Shown one piece after another: positions 32,248 to 33,000 of a stretch of 33,000 bases of DNA. This stretch comes from Dicyema japonicum (Eukaryota > Animalia > Dicyemida). The notes under the pieces were generated by a model. It was given only the letters and a program-made list of their open reading frames with translations, ran no database searches and was not told the origin of the DNA. Position 1 is the first letter of the stretch. The number at the start of each line of letters is the position of its first letter. The stretch is taken from contig RDEW01000073.1 of the NCBI GenBank assembly GCA_011109175.1, positions 90,662 through 123,661 on the forward strand. Direction: 5' to 3'. The position numbers were made by a program, and so were the translations under genes.

Positions 32248-33000
32248 TAAATTATTATTCAAATTTTTTTTATTATTAAATTTAATTTTTTAATTTTTTT
32301 TTTGTGTTCTGACCGGATGGCGAAGTGTAATAAGTTCCTGACCAAATAATAATCCACTCTGAGGATCCCTTTGAATTACTAGTCCTAAAAATCAACCTCT
32401 CGTCGCTTCAAATGACAATTGTGACATCTCTTACCGTCATTTCCCTCTGTTATCGTCCTGATCTCATCCGCTTCATCCGACTGGAAAAATACTTCGAAAC
32501 GACCTAAACGCAGTTCTGCGTTATCCTAATCAATAACTAGGTCAGCAGGAGTACTCATACCAGACAAAATTTTTTATGATTCAAGTAAACACACGTGGGT
32601 CCAGTGAAAACTCCATTAAGTTAATTCACACACCAAAAACCATAATCAACTTCCAACGAGGATTCTAGCCCCTTCCACGTACTTATTGAACAACACCCCA
32701 TATCCATCGTTTGTGGGCTGTCACGTGTTTTGGAAAACTGGTCCTTCAAAAGATCTGTTCGTTCTTCGTACTTAACCCTTTCCAACATGGTTTCCACACA
32801 AGATACTCAACCAAAACTCACTTGACCAAACTAAATATTCCTAACAACACGAAAGGACTGTTTTGGTCTCGATTGACAGACATTTGATTTCGTCCCCGGA
32901 AAATCATAACAACACAAATTTTCTTAACATCCATCCACCCTATTCTCATACATGAAAACTTTTTCAGGGACCGCAGGAGCAAGTGATATTCATGTCCATG

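Overview
This is eukaryotic, almost certainly animal, nuclear DNA from a lineage with extremely short introns. I reconstructed about 50 GT-AG introns, nearly all 19-27 nt. That size fits a dicyemid-like or myxozoan-like parasite, but the taxon is an inference. Eleven compact host genes were assembled by hand across the micro-introns: an orphan secreted/membrane protein, MARCHF5, an EF-hand + ubiquitin-like protein, LAMTOR2 (absent from the ORF track), DEF8, a PDZ protein, NUP93, HMG20, a PGP-type HAD-IIA phosphatase, a Lys/Glu-rich repeat protein and HP1/CBX. Almost every intergenic gap holds transposon relics. 23.4-31.8 kb is a nested TE cluster with RTE-like LINEs, pogo/Tigger, hAT, CRE-like elements and a SINE. 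The most notable observations are: (1) CACGTG occurs 23 times against about 4 expected, including inside exons, yet is absent from a 9.7 kb stretch covering most of the TE cluster; (2) RTE-like LINEs and ~550-nt internally deleted derivatives share a 5' motif and a covarying 3' stem-loop; (3) about nine single-base frame breaks fall in conserved genes, most likely homopolymer assembly errors but testable for recoding or non-canonical splicing. All family assignments come from motif recognition by eye; no database search was run.
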